A stretch of 64,000 nt of DNA from Octopus vulgaris (GCA_951406725.2 OX597820.1:91326001-91390000), one strand, 5' to 3'. Counted from the stretch's first letter, positions 1 through 14,371 are shown. Numbers and translations are program-made. The notes: a model not told the origin generated them from the sequence alone.

Positions 1-1252
1 ACACTGTAACTACTTGGCAACGTACCTTTACTTAATATGCATTATTTATGCAATTACACCTCAGAAAATTACATATAACTTATTACATATGTTGTTCTAT
101 GACGGTCGATTGTTCGATTGATATTCATGAAATTTATAAAAATAACCGCTCTTTGGTACATAGTGGTCGAGAATTTACTACCAAATATATTATGTATAAC
201 TAACTAGTACACATACAATAACTGGACGTGATTGGATGTTGAGTGTTTTGTAAAACAGCATCTTCAAGTGTATTCGTTGATAATGAAATAGTTTCACCAT
301 GCACTGCTGCTTTTTATTGGTAAAAGTATGCAAGTTCAGCTTTCTGCAAAAATATTACCTATATTTGATGTTGACTGAAAATACAGAACCCAGTTCATAT
401 TAATTCTTAACAGGTAGACAGCAGGAAAATAATGTAGTAGAATGAGATAATCCAAAGTGTGTGAATACTCTTTCTCCTTTTTTCACTCTCATCCCATTAT
501 TTCAAATTGTAGTCTGTCCACTTCTCCTTTTCGTCTCTCCCTCGCCCTATCGTCTCAACCTCGCCTTTCTCCTTTCCCCCGTCCTTTCTCCCCATATTTT
601 CTCTCTGTCACACTCTCTCCCTTTCTCACCTGCCTGCTGCTGCTACGTGACCTATAGCCAAGTACTCGTCATTATCTTTTTCTCACTGGCCGCCCAGCGC
701 TTCGATCACAAAAAATGTTCATCTGTCTTGCTATTTACTGTCGTCTATAGCCTTCAGGATTTTTCTAAGCGTTACCCACCATAGTTGTCTTTTGGCCGCA
801 AGGTCGAATTTTTCACGATTCCTCTTTGCCCATCGTTTTAAATTACATTCTTTTACTTTCGTATGTCCACTCTGCGTCGTTTTGTTTGCTTGAGGCCCGA
901 TTCTCTACCTCGTTCGCTGGCACCGCCAAGATGGGAAGCCCCTAGGTCTCATCATTAAAGGTGCGAAACTGAGTGGTACTATTCTGGTTGATAACGAAAG
1001 AAGAATTAAGGGAACCCTCTGTGTCTTATACGTAAAAGTGCATATATATATATGAACTTTTTCATATATATATATGTGTACGTGTGTGCGTATGTGTGTC
1101 TGCATGCAGTATGTGTGTACGTGTGCGTGTGTGTATAATATGCACACATATATGTATTATATATATTATACATATTTATGTATATGTGCATGAATATATA
1201 TATATATAATACGTATATCATACATACATATAAATATCATATATATTATACA

Positions 1253-1254
<2 letters not shown>

Positions 1255-1288
<34 letters not shown>

Positions 1289-1335
1289 TGTATGTATGTA
1301 TGTATGTATGTATGTATGTATGTATGTATGTATAT
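1255..1335. repeat. (TATG)n microsatellite
   Basis: Read directly from the sequence. Confidence 0.95.
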
Positions 1336-1781
1336 GTGGGAATACACACGTACACACACAACACAGATGTTTATATTTCATTATCCTAGTAATAATAAAC
1401 TATCACAGCTTGGTTACACCTAATCGTATAGTTGTTGCTAAGTTATATATATGAATATTCGTTTCTTTTTGAACGCCACTAAAAAATTTTCAACCGTTAC
1501 GAAATAAGAGACACTGTTTTGAGATTGAGGCGTTTATTACGAATGCAGATTATTCCATCATGTAACGTACGGGTAGCAACATTCTCGCTTCTGAAATCCC
1601 AACCGAACTTTCCCTTATATCTCTGTGTTAAAGCTAATTAAAGAATACATTAATGACTTATACTTTCACCCATAACTATACCTATGTAAATATGTGTTCT
1701 TAAATACTTGAATGCAATGATTTATTTGTGCATATTAATTGTTGTGTGAACATATATATATAAATAATATATATATATATA

Positions 1782-1975
1782 TGACCGCGTGTGTACTGTT
1801 GGCAATTTTTTTCCCTCTGTCTTCCCTTCTCTGGATCTTTCCTTCTATGTTTCCGACGAAGAGCTCCGCTCGAAACGTTAAACCTTCCTTCTTTCCTGAA
1901 CGTCCAATAATACTATATTTGTTCCACGTCCTGGCGTTGTTGTGTTCTTTTTGTGCTTTCTTGTTTGGATTAACT
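1782..1975 (+). mobile_element. ~195-bp non-coding (TA)n-embedded repeat carrying a minimal hammerhead-like motif (copy 1)
   Basis: Homologous to 22176-22378 and 42739-42933 (both minus strand); flanked by (TA)n on both sides. Confidence 0.8.
1849..1883 (+). ncRNA. Minimal (Penelope-type) hammerhead-like motif, U4C variant
   Basis: GUUU-CCGACGA-A-GAGC(UCC)GCUC-GAAA-CG-UU-AAAC: helix I GUUU/AAAC, helix II GAGC/GCUC, palindromic AACGUU in place of helix III. Confidence 0.6.
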
Positions 1976-2013
1976 ATATATATATATATATATATATAGA
2001 TAGATAGATATAT

Positions 2014-2211
2014 GGGCACGGGATGTCAGAAATCGTACACAACATGAAATACGAAAACAAATGAAAAACAGGACAAGTAACATAAAGAACGACCCTTCAC
2101 CAGTTGTCGGCTGTCCATCTACTCCTCATTTCGAGCATTGAGCGACAATATGAGTCTTCGGAGGCAGTTGCTCCCGCAAAAACCAAAATGAAATTTGGGA
2201 TTTGCGGAGGG

Positions 2212-2214
<3 letters not shown>
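2014..2214. repeat. Unclassified ~200-bp TA-flanked probable interspersed repeat
   Basis: GC-richer block bounded by (TA)n on both sides; only one copy in the window. Confidence 0.35.
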
Positions 2215-2247
<33 letters not shown>

Positions 2248-3042
2248 TTGTCTCTTTCAATCAGGTTTCTACTCACCACCGATCCTTCTGCATAGTGCAT
2301 GTTCTAATGCACTCTCGTAATTAGTTGTGCATTTATATTAGAGAAACGTTTCTATACCTATACAATAAACGATCTATAATTGTCAAGTTAAGTTCAATTC
2401 ATCAGTATCCGATGAAGAACGGATACAAAAAAAAAGTAGAAAGAAAATAAAGAAAACTACATTGTTCTAATAATTACACGAATATGACTACGTGATGAAA
2501 ATGGAAATCAAATTGGTTTGGTTAAATTTTGTAATAGTTTTTCTGCTTTGACGCGAGTTGAAAAAATGAAAAGCAAAGCCAAAACATTTAACAATTCTGA
2601 ATACAATATTGTCGCTAAAATACTGATAGTTGCCTGAGAATTTTACATTCATGATGATTAATCATCTGCTCACCGGATTTATATCCTCGAAATGAAAGAT
2701 CAGTCGCATATTTGCATATGTTATTGTTATTATTTACTTAATGGCGATTTTTTTTCGTAAGGCGGGTGTGATATTAGATGGTGAAAAATATTTGTTATTC
2801 AAACTGCAATATTTCACAGTAAACATATGAGCGTATTATTATACGCAACATTTTTTTCTCTTTACGCTTAAAAATTAAAACATTTTATTTCTTTTATGAA
2901 CTTATATTTAATTCGAAGAATTTAAATATACTGTAATATTTTTATTGTAGTCAGTAACATACGGACATACAGACATAAATACACAATATACATTGTTTAT
3001 ATTTGAATAAAATAAAAGTTTATATTTGAATAAAATAATTTC

Positions 3043-3061
3043 ATATATGAATATATATATA

Positions 3062-3129
<68 letters not shown>
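3043..3129. repeat. (TA)n microsatellite; similar tracts at ~7727-7792, 10050-10145, 22118-22176, 25080-25145, 31553-31745, 47888-47931 and 51914-51961
   Basis: Read directly from the sequence. Confidence 0.95.
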
Positions 3130-3132
<3 letters not shown>

Positions 3133-6014
3133 AGAATCTCACAAGGGTAATCGAATAACATCTAATTTCTTGAAGATGGAACATTATATTTATTGATCTG
3201 TTTTCTAATTTGTTTATTTTGGTGCTTCGTTTCAAATTGTGAGTAATTTAGAAACCATAGTGCTGCAGATCAAATGTAGAGATTTGAAGATTACTGTAAT
3301 TGTGAAATCTGAGACACTTACTTAAGTGTTTTGGCTAGCTTGTTAAGCCCTAAGTGGTAACTCACTGAGTGATGGATAGTCGGTCAAACTCCTAAGGGCA
3401 ATGTTAATATGTACTGGTTTAAATGTGAACTCATCCTCCAACGCGTTTTTATATTACATATTTTTATATAAGATTTAATTTTCTTGTACAAGCATCTCAT
3501 TTTTACTTCTGTCAAGGTTGTTTTCTATGCTGATTGCTTTTTAACCCCAGGTTAATCCTGATTTGCTAGACTATGACCAAATGTGTTCCAGTTGTGATCA
3601 TCCTCTATTCTTGAGTGTCAGGGGTTACGTTGTATTATGTTTTATTCACAGCAGTAAAGTGTGTTTCAGAAGGGATTTATTTGTTATTGCTACAATTGTG
3701 CACATTCAGAGACTAATTATAATTTTCTAGACACTCCATTTCAAGCTAAGATTTGCTAGTCACCTTATTCTTGCAGGTTAACCAAAAGAAAAAAAAAACT
3801 GTGTAACATAGATTTATATTCAAAAATTCGGTGATGTTTTACTAAAGCGGTGCACATATACGTACCACATTGAAATCTACATGACTTGGTTGCAGAAGTT
3901 AGCTTCCTCTGATTATAATCAAGACCACATTTAATTATTAAATCAAGAAGCTAATATTCTTCAGTGTTAGAAGGCCTTAGCTGAAGTGAGCCACATGATT
4001 TCACTTGGCTTGTCTCTAGTAGTGTTTTGGTATGGTAATCTATCTTTCTGTTTAATAAATCTAACATAGCGAAATATCACGACAACTGTGCTGAGTATTC
4101 TTAGATATGTTAGTAATTTGTTAACACACAAAATATATACCTTGATGCACAGCGAGATCCAATGCAGATTTCTCCAGCATTAACTAGGCGGTATCTTTGT
4201 TTTCGCTTCCTCTGCTAGAAATAGCAGCTAAATTTGTCTCGAATGTAAGCTGGACATCTATAAAAAGAAATGAAACATTAGACATTAGTATCGTACAAAG
4301 AAAACACAGGATGGCTATAGTTGGAATTACAATTAGTGCTTAGTATACTTCATCAGAGTTTTACTGAAGCAAAACTACGGCATGGGTGTCACCAGTTTCA
4401 TACAAATATGATAGTCTATGGGTATATTCGAAAGGATTATTTCAATTATATTAGAATATTTACACTATAATTCGATCGCACCTCTATTAACCACTGGTCT
4501 TTTGATACTTCTTCAGTCTCTTGATACTTCTGCAGTGCTCAGTTTTGTTTCCTCTAGGGAAAAGAGTTTGTAAATTCGTCTAAAATCCAGTATGCACTTG
4601 TCATGCATTTTAAATAATCATAACTAATTTTCACTCTATGAAAAAATTCTTACACATATGAATAAATATTGGGCAAAAACAACAGCTAACACATGCACAA
4701 ATTCTAAGTACATTAATAAGTTCGTGCATTGGGTGCACTGTAAGCAAAAGTAAGATCTGAAATTACAATGTTCTCTACAATGTAACATTAACAGTTTAAA
4801 AAAACGTCACAATGATGCTTCTTTCTAGACAGAATTTCCTCATCATCACTATGTGTTCTGAATTATATGCATGGGAATCTTTGATTAGTTTTTAAGAACA
4901 CATTTTATGCCTGGATTTACAAGAATGAATATAATGAGATGTTTTCACGCTAAAATAATAATGAAATGCTTATACCAGATTGTATATTAATGCTTGGAGT
5001 CAAAATAACTCTAGAACATCAATATTTTTATGTGTTTCATAGTTTAGGCAGAAGAGGGAGATGAGCATCCTTTAAAGGCTTCTGAGACTAATGACAGGAA
5101 GTGAGGATGTTTTCCCAAGATCAAATCTCTCTCACGACTCCGCTAAAACAAACCATGAATCAAGTGGTTTTGTTAAACTGTGCAATAATTTAAAAGTGTT
5201 ATAGGAAAACGAGAACATGTCTATTCTGTATATTTTAAACTGTTTCCTTTTTACGAAAATTCATTCACATGTTTTTGGTTGCCATAGCTGAGGCAGAATT
5301 GAACAACCATAAATTAGGATCAACCGGAAATAATTTCTGCATCTACTTGCATTTTAAGTAATCAACAGAAATAGAAATCTCTATAATAATCGTTATTAGT
5401 TCAGATAACAGAATGGGAAGTCACATTATGAGAATTGGATGGCCAAGTGGATATAATAGCTATAGATAGGTCAGAGGTTTGTAATTTATCACAGAATTTG
5501 TTAGTACACCAGTAGTAACACGGTAAATTTTACGAGTGATGGTGTACCTATGTTGAAATCACTTCTTTCTCTCATAATATACCTTGGATAGGTGTGGCCT
5601 TGATAGGCGCCTCATGAAACCAATAGGTTATGAATCTAATCAAACGTTAAATTGTGCTAACTTGATTATTATACAGTATATTGTGTTTTATTTAACTACA
5701 AGTTAAATAATACCATTGAATCCTGTATTATTTGCTTGTGAAATGAAATACCTTTGTTTGCACAGGATATAAAACATTTTGTTGATTGAACGAAATTATT
5801 TTCTATAAAAATCATCGCAACATTCATTCTCAATATTGTAATATTAGTTGGATTTTTACTTGAACAAGTTAATCACAGTGCTTACAAGATGGAATAAATA
5901 TTTCAGTCGTTTATATAGAATTGAGATATTGTCATTGATATAAGCGTTTGCTACTATTACACCCTGTCATTAGTACCCCTTATCACCTTATCACTTTTTA
6001 AATTATTGCTTCTT

Positions 6015-6895
6015 ATGTAGGCAAAAGGGAAGGCAATTAGTCACTATCATCGACCTCGTTACTCGACTTCTACTTAATTTTATCGTCTTCGAATAAATTA
6101 AAGACAAAGCGGATTCCGGTGGTATTTGAACTCAGAACATACTAAGTCGGAAGAAATACACGAGCATTCTTTCCAACGCTCAGCAGTTCTACCATCTCGT
6201 CACTCTTATAAGTTTTACAATAGACCTTTCTCCTATAGGCACAAAGTCAGCAATTTTAAGGGAAGCGGTTAGTCCATTACAACTAATATTTATTTTATCA
6301 ACGCCAAGTGTAGGAAATGCAAAGTCAACCTCAGCGAAATTTGCACGCAGAACGAGCGCAAAGACGGATAAAATGCTGTTAAGCGTTTTTCCAGGCGCGC
6401 AAAACAATTCTGCGCACTTACACCCTTTACTATCTTCATAATAAAAAAAATATCGAGCTTGAATTCTAGAAGATGAAACTAAATGTCAAATTTATAAAAA
6501 TTAACGATGTAAACGTTTTCAAACACTTTAGTGCATGTAACTGATATCATCATCTGTTATAATAAAACATGGTAATTTATGATATACTGATGATGAACTA
6601 CATGAGGATAAACCGAAAACTTTTCGACCTTGCATTAACGTTACTGTTAAGCATCAAATTTTCATTAAGATAATGATCTTGCACACAACGATTTTAACGA
6701 AGATATTGGTTTCAAATTTTGGCACAAGGCCGGCAATATTTATGGAGTGGTTAAGTCGTTTACATCGACCCAGTGCTTACCTGATACTTAATTTATCGAC
6801 CTCGGTGGAATTTGAACTCAGAATGTATAAATGGGGAAAATACCGCTATGCACTTTGTCCGGCATGCTAACCAGTCTGCTTGCTCGCCACTTTAT
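6015..6895 (-). mobile_element. Three degraded copies of the abundant tRNA-derived SINE (same family as 46447-46863)
   Basis: Recurring motifs atcgaccc(c)agt, acttaatttatcgac, gacctcggtggaatttgaactcagaa at ~6050-6190, 6290-6420 and 6760-6890. Confidence 0.65.
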
Positions 6896-7721
6896 TTTAA
6901 CGAAAATATTGACCCGAAGTTTAATAAATAATAGTTATATATAAATATTGAACCTAAGTTTCATAAATTATAGTTGTCTAAAAATAAAAACAATACGTTA
7001 ACCAGATCGAGATTTGTTGAAGCTATTTTACAACGTAAAGTAGAAATATATTACTGTATGAATTGATATTCTCCACATAATAAATGGTATAAATTTACAT
7101 TTTATATTAGTATTATTGTGTTTTGAATGTCGTTCCAATAATTTTCTGACTGGTCAAAATGCCAGCTTTCTATTGAAGGTTGTTAGGCAGCTGTATTGAT
7201 GCCGTAATATTATGGCTACGATCTTGGTATTCTTAGAACGGAGGACAAGATGAAATTCTAACACGCATGCGATCTAGAGCAACATTGATAATTGGTAACT
7301 GGTTTTCTTTAAAATAATGTGAAATATGGAATGTATGAAGATGGTATATTAATTAATAAAATCCTCAAGAATGTTAGGAAATATAAGAAATATACAAATA
7401 ATATTTTCAAATATATGAAGAATAATAATTTCATTGATATAAATTGTATATTTAACTTTTATTAATTCTAAATCTGTTTTTATGCACTTTCTATAATAAT
7501 ATTCAGACATAATAATGCAAATATATGTTATATTTCCTTTGTGGATTTTGCCAAAGTAGAATGATTTTCATTCAGATTTTGAAGGTCATTCAAACATTCA
7601 AAATGTTTCTTTCATCGAAACAACCTACTGGGATAAATTTGTAGTTGATATTTCTCAGTTGCAAATAATCTAAGTCTCCCGTTGTTTTGAAACTTAATAC
7701 TTCTTCTTTGAGCATGACCAG

Positions 7722-7786
<65 letters not shown>

Positions 7787-10065
7787 TATATAAAACATTA
7801 TTTTCCGAAGTTTGCTTATTCTATCAAACACTAATCATAACTTCACTCGATACAGTCGAATGCAGACTCATACGCATACGTACAGACACAAAAGAAATAA
7901 TACTGGTAGAAATTTAAAATAAGCCAGAGTAAATATAATTTACCTTTCTAGAATATGTTACATTGTGATATTATGCTCTAAAGAATACTTTTTGATATAT
8001 GCAATTGAAAACTATAAGGATCATGACCAACATATAGATTGAAGATCAATAATGGTAACAAGCTGTGTATTCATTTGCTTATTCTTTTCCTTTATATTTT
8101 GAAATAATTTGTTCTAAAGTATATGACGCCAAAGACATGTTCAGTATACTTTCAACCCAGTCTGTTATTTCTTCAGCATTACTTCTTGAGCTATGAGATA
8201 ACGTTTCTCTTTCTTCAGGCTCTAGAAGTAAATTTATCAAAGTATATGTTTTTGAAAATCCTGATTTTTTTTTTTTTGCATTACCTTCAAATTTCAACTT
8301 AATCGCACTTAAAATATTTAAAGACATGATTACGTCATTAGTTTATTTACGTAATCAACGTTAAATGACATTGTAGCATTTTCGACACTTATGTAATATG
8401 TGGCAGAATTTTCTAACTAAATATTTATGAAATTTTTATTGCCTGTGATGGTTTGACAGAATATTTGTATCAGATGGATGTCCATATGTCAGTTTTCCTA
8501 CCCTTTATGTTCCTCTTTCTGTTCCGAGTTTATATCTATGGTCAGTAAATTGACCTTTGGTATTTTAGGGGTCAATAAGATGAAGTTTCATTAAGGAACT
8601 AGGAGATATACACTAAATTATCACCTGTGTTAGTATGCGATGGATAACAGTTGTTCAAAATCCTCACTAAACTTGGTACCCCGACAACAGAAGTAATACA
8701 CCTGCTCATTCTCGTCACATTAAATTTATCTGTGACGTTCTAAGCCCCTGCCATCACAACATGCAGTCATTGTTTAATCCATACAAACACTCCTTTCAAA
8801 CACCGGCTCCACTAAAAAAGAATAATGCAAATGAAAAAATAAGAGAAAAATATTATAGCAGGTTGTTTGTTTAGATCTATATCGATGACAGGTTATAATA
8901 ATTGCAGTTGTTTTATCAAAGGGACTACTCGTTCATTTCATTGGTGTGTAATCGGCGAAGTATCCTTCAGTTAATTGTGCTCTTTAAGTAATCCTTAGGC
9001 TTTCTGTGACTGAGTTGAATCGTCGTATTACTGGTAGAGTTCATCTGACTTATACCAAAAAAAGAAAAACAAACTTTTTATGGACATTTTCCCAATATGT
9101 GGCGTAGTGGCATCGAACCAGCTATCGTATTATTCTGAATTATGTTTCTTAACTATTGGATCATATCGAGATCTGGGCATATATTGTTATATCCATTTAT
9201 TGAAACGCACCCTTCGATACTCAGAAATGTTCTAAATAGATGTTCGTCCGTTTTCATTATACAAAATTTAAATGTGAGGAATGTTTCTCTCCTTTATAAA
9301 AATATAATCAGAAAAGTATTAAATTTCTTCTCACAAAGTGTTTTTAATGTCAAATTAGAAATTTTAAAAAATGCTAATTTTTCCGAAAGGTAAATCGTTA
9401 ATGGCCTATTAGTAAGCAGAGCGTAATGTCTTCAGGCTACATTTTCCTTCGTATCATTTCTCTAGCTATGTACTTAAAGTGTCAATGTCAGCTATTATGT
9501 CTGTAAATGTGAATAGTTTCGGAACCAAATTGTTTACAAGGAATTTTCTTTTCTTTCCTCTTTTCTTCCTATACTTTTTCTTTTTATTTCTTATTCTATT
9601 ACTTTTTCTGTCCATACGTACTGTTTATATATATATATATATATAAAACAGTATGTGTGCAAACGGTTGCTTGCTAAATACAGTGTTCACTCATCTAATA
9701 TTCTCTCTTCGCGAGCAGTCATTTTCCTCCTTTTGCCTCGTGTTCCTCCGTTGAATGCCTCATATCCGTACCACCACCCTGGCTCTATATGTATATTTCC
9801 GTTGTCTGCTTCAGGTGTGCCAGGGAAACGACATCAAAGGAATGTTCCAGGCCAGTCTTATTTATGTGAGTTACTTTGCTGGATTTTTCTTCATGAAGGC
9901 ATCATTGAATGACGTTGCCCAATAATTTCTGACTCTGCATTTTCTTTCCTTTTTGAATCCAAATCTCTCGATTCTACGAATCTCTTTTTCTCTCTCACTC
10001 TCTCTCTCTTTCTATCTCTCTCTTTATCTCGCCTGCCTCTCCAGAATATATATAAATATATATAT

Positions 10066-10144
<79 letters not shown>

Positions 10145-11329
10145 ACTGGTTAAGTAAATGACCCAGAGCGTCTTTTCTGCCATTTCTGTCATTGCTTCAA
10201 TATTAAATTTGCTGAGTGGTGACGATCGGATTTAATATAAATAGGTAACCTTAATGAGTAGGGTAACATTGCATACTCTATGCTTGCCTAAACCTGATTC
10301 AAATGAGCAATTTTTACTATCTTTTCTATGTTTTTGAGGATTGCTTCTAATACTGTTTCATTGATGTTGATATACTTGATTTTCTTAAAAAGGTCTTTTA
10401 CGATAACTCTTTACATTTATATATTCCTTTTCGTTTATTACCTAAGGCTAAGATTATGTTTTGTATTTTGCATTTGTGTTTGTATCATGTTCGCATTAAG
10501 AACATGATTGAAAATAAATGGTACCTGCTTTTAAATATTGATTAATCAGTTGTTTCGCTGTAAATAAATTATTTGTTTATTTGTGCATACATTTTCCAAA
10601 ATATTTCTTTCTTTTAAGATTTCAAATTCAGTTGCCAATCTATTTAATCTTTTTGTTTCTCTGCAATAAAATGTTATTTATTCTCACTTTGCTGTCGATA
10701 GTTTCGTTTGCTTGCATATTAATTTTGCTAATGTATAATGATTACTTGAAGAGTCACAAGACATCAAATTGATAAAAAGGAAGTGTGATTGTTTTGTTAC
10801 TCAAGTTTTTCACATATGCATTAGCGGCATAATTCAAAGGAGATTCGAAGCCAGCTCACAACAACCTTATCAGTACACTATAAGACAATTATCACACGAA
10901 CATACGTACGCAAGCGTAAACTTATAAATACCAATACACACACACACACACACACACACGCACGCACACGCATACGCACACACACATACGCCAGCATTCA
11001 TGCATACATACATATCATCTCATCCACATTTGGTGTGTGTATGTGTGTATGTTTGTGTATGATATAGTTTGAATCTATCAAAATAATGCTCCAGATATGA
11101 AAGTAGTTAATATGTGAACAGTACAACAGACAATAAATTGTAATAAAATTTGAAATTCCATCTGTATTATTTCTCCATTAAAACATCCAGTGAGGCACAT
11201 ACACAAAGAATGCGTCGATTTTTAACAGAAATATTTATCATATATATACACACGCGCGCACACATATTATTGTGTCCTGTAGAGGAAGAGGTTGTGCTCA
11301 TGAGATTTGAACTACACTGAAATTAATGA

Positions 11330-12360
11330 CAATTTCTTTACATTTAAACGTTTTGATAAATCATGAAAACCATTTAGAAGGAGGCGGTTCCAGAAAGCTG
11401 GTGTACTGTAAATGGACTAATAACGGATTTTGTGGGTTTTGTGGGTGAGCTGGACAAAAAAATGGCAGATAAGAAGAGACGAGGACGTTGTGTTAGGAGT
11501 TCGTGTATAGGTACTTACTTGTACTTGTGACGGCGTTCAACAGGGTGGGTTGAGCCGGCTGCTTCTCTGGTCCTGGCGGCATCACGAACCATGGTGGCCC
11601 ACGCTCGACTGCCCTGTGCGAGGTCACTAGAGATAGCGAGCCATTCGCAGTTCCACCTGTGAACCTGAGATTTCGGAGAGGTCCTCCTTTATCGTCGTTG
11701 CCCAGGTCTTCAGCTACCTGCCCGTGCGCTTGCGCCAGTTGGAAGAGGAGTGCGCTTGCGCCAGTTGGGAACTGCGTTGTGTATAGGTAGTACGAAATTA
11801 GCTAACTCTGTGTTGTAAATGGCTCTGTAATAAAGGTGAAAAGTTTCAGAGAGGAAATAACACGCGTGCCAGTGGCTGAGGTGTGCTGATGAGTGACTTC
11901 TTGCGAATCAGTTCTCTATTTGACAAAATATAGTTTTGAAGTTTTTAAAATAAAGCAAGAAAACAGTATTTTACAGACTTAAAGATATTGTTCCTCATAG
12001 GTTATGTTGTAGTTCGTTTTCATATATTGGGGTATAGCTCTGAAAATTTAGAGAAAAGAACGACAGAAAAAGAATGAGACAATGTTGGTAAAGTGGATGA
12101 TAACTCTTTGTCGTATCTGTTGAATTTAATAGAAAAGACATATTCAGGAGTATAGCCATATTAGTTTCTTTCCTGAGATACTTTTGAACAGGATAGGTAT
12201 GTATGGTGGAATTCAGTTGGAAGAGATTTTCCTTGTGAGAGCATTGCAGAACTTGGATGCAAAATGGGCAACAAATATAGGATGTTGAGAAATGGATGAA
12301 AGGAATATTTTGCAAAGTTAGCAGATGCTTATCAATTATTTATTGAGCACGCTGTCGCTG
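11330..12360 (-). mobile_element. Highly decayed L2/CR1-group LINE remnant, interrupted by an RTE fragment
   Basis: Minus-strand fragments resembling ORF2 C-terminal motifs (FWNRLL near 11380; SELAN-type near 11800; ENLFQLN near 12230); no intact ORF. Confidence 0.35.
11512..11775 (-). mobile_element. RTE-clade LINE 3' end
   Basis: Minus-strand translation NWRKRTG.*LKTWATTIKEDL...WNCEWLAISSDLAQGSRAWATMVRDA, ending in a (CAAGTA/AAGT)n-type tail; internal 19-bp duplication gtgcgcttgcgccagttgg. Confidence 0.7.
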
Positions 12361-12967
12361 AAAGAACCAGAGGGGCACATGTCATAATTGGGATTGGTCT
12401 TGCAGAAAAGCTACTGGAATTTTACATGCTGATGATGTTTGTCTTAGCATTGTAGGTATAAGAATTTTCAGTAGTGGTAAGGAAAAGTACGTGGAGTTAG
12501 CTATTATAAGTAAAACGTGATCTATGTGATTATTTATGTATCGGTTCCATGGTCGTTTGAGAAAAGGCGGATGAATTGTACAGTGGGATTAATTTTGATA
12601 TTTGGAATGCAGGAAAATGTTGGAATTTGTCAGTGTACCGTGTAGCTACAATATTTGTCTAAGGAGAAACAGAGCAAAAATCTGCTGATGATACACATTG
12701 TCTAGTTGACAGCGTTCAAATGAGCAACGCAATGTGCGTAACACCACTTTAAAGATGAAAGAAAACTTTCTTCGCCATTTATAACGTGACTGAATCAAAC
12801 AAATGCTCAGTAATATATCACATATCTATATCCATACACATTGACATGCACATAGAATGCCTTCAGCGATTGAATAATAATCCTCCTCAGTATGTTACAA
12901 TATTCGTTCTGAAATGTCTAATCAAAAGAATTTTATTGCACGCGAGTCACCGAGTTTGATGAGTCGC

Positions 12968-13048
12968 AATAATAATAATAATAATAATAATGATGATGAT
13001 GATGATGATGATGACTACGACGACGACGACGACGATGATGATGATGGT

Positions 13049-13080
<32 letters not shown>

Positions 13081-13110
13081 CGACGACGATGATAATGATG
13101 GTGATGCCGA
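12968..13110. repeat. Compound (AAT)n-(GAT/GAC)n microsatellite
   Basis: Read directly; source of the poly-N/poly-D and poly-M/T ORFs. Confidence 0.95.
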
Positions 13111-14101
13111 TGTTGACAAAGTCCTTACCCATCGATGGTTTGTGTCTTCTGGTTAAAAATCAGAAACAGAATGGTTTATCATAGCCCAAGATTAATGCCT
13201 ACCTACAAGAAGCTACCTGGCCAACATCTTAAAGAACGGCAGTAGCACAAGTCGTGTATGTAAACAAAAAAATGAAACCATCGATCATGTTGTCTCCATA
13301 TGCAGCCTTCTTGCGCCTACAGAGTATTTCAACAGGCATGATAGTGCAACACAGCGTATTCACTGGGTAATTTGCAAAACTTGAACCTACCCCATGATAA
13401 AAACTGGTGGGAACACAACACGCCGCCAGTGCTTGAAAATGACCGCATTTCACTTCATTGGAACTTCACCATATAAACTGACGGAAAGAGAGATGCAAAT
13501 AGGCCAGACATTATATTGAAAGACTTCACACAAAAATCATGCTTCCTCATTGATATGACTGTACCAATCGACATAAAGGTATCTGTCAAGTCCTACCAAA
13601 AACTGAGCAAATATAAAGATCTTGAAATAAAAATGTGGAACCTCAAGACTAAAACTATACCTGTTGTCACAGGTGCCCTAGGAATGATAACAAAAGAGAC
13701 TGATTGCTACCTACCTCAGATACCAGGAAATCTAAAAATGGAAGAAATTCAAAAAATAGTGCTCGTGGGAAGTGCCATTATCCTACGTAAATTATTGTCT
13801 GTGTAATCCCCCAAACATTTCAATCCGTAAACACTGTCAAAATACTTTTAAATGTACATAACAGAAAATAGCTTTTACTGTCATCTTAACACCAGACTAT
13901 CATCTGATAATCAAATTACTTTTACAACAAACTTCTAATTTATGATATGACAGACATTCTCGTGTACAATACACTGGGCAAAAACTAATGTATAACACCC
14001 TAGTCATAATACCATCTTGAACTTCTAATTTGTTGTCTCTTCATGTCTCTGGGTGAGATTTAGAATCACCTTGTACAAATACGAAGCAAAAGCCAAACAT
14101 A
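13110..14101 (+). mobile_element. 5'-truncated R4/Dong-clade non-LTR retrotransposon (restriction-like endonuclease region plus 3' UTR), copy 1
   Basis: NRHD..IHWVIC, TD..ANRPDIILKD..CFLIDMTVP.D..QKLSKYKDLEI..W.LKT.TIPVV.GALG (ORF 13516-13806); ends in (AAT)n; frameshifted. Confidence 0.85.
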
Positions 14102-14147
14102 TAATAATGATAATAATAATAACAATAATAATATTAATAACAACAAC

Positions 14148-14301
14148 AATACAGTATTTACATTATTTACAATTGATAGATATTTGTACTCATCTTGTTT
14201 GTTGTTAACGCAACATTTCGGCTGATATAGCCTCCAGCCTTCATCAGGTGTCTTGGGAAAATTTCGAACCTGGGTTCTCATTCCTAAGGTATTTTTCGAT
14301 G
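14148..14301 (-). mobile_element. Inverted copy of the hammerhead-bearing unit
   Basis: Reverse complement of 14462-14610; contains GACAC-CUGAUGA-A-GGCUG..CAGCC-GAAA-UGUU-GCGU at ~14208-14252 (-). Confidence 0.8.
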
Positions 14302-14307
14302 AAAATA

Positions 14308-14371
14308 TGGCGTAGTGGTTAAGAGCACGGGTTACTAACACCAATATTCCGAGTTCGATTCCAGGCAATGG

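Noticed and set aside
915-980. gcccct...aggtgc-GAAAC hairpin suggestive of a hammerhead half
   Set aside because: No CUGANGA-like core upstream.
905-1454. YI/HT/MYVC-repeat ORFs, and similar ORFs at 9.9-10.2, 20.3-20.8, 27.4-28.1, 29.6-29.9, 31.5, 52.9-53.6 and 55.0-55.7 kb
   Set aside because: Stop-free readings of (TA)n, (TATG)n, (TCTA)n and (CA)n microsatellites; no splice or homology support.
2090-2170. Hammerhead-like words on the minus strand (CCGAAGA...GAAA; CUGGUGA)
   Set aside because: Helix II and the NUH spacing could not be assembled convincingly.
8079-8327. 82-aa non-repetitive minus-strand ORF
   Set aside because: No recognisable domain or splice context, spans a homopolymer run, and its length is compatible with chance.
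12914-13184. Poly-Asp/Asn acidic ORF resembling a biomineralisation protein
   Set aside because: It is a trinucleotide microsatellite running into the truncated 5' end of a Dong LINE.
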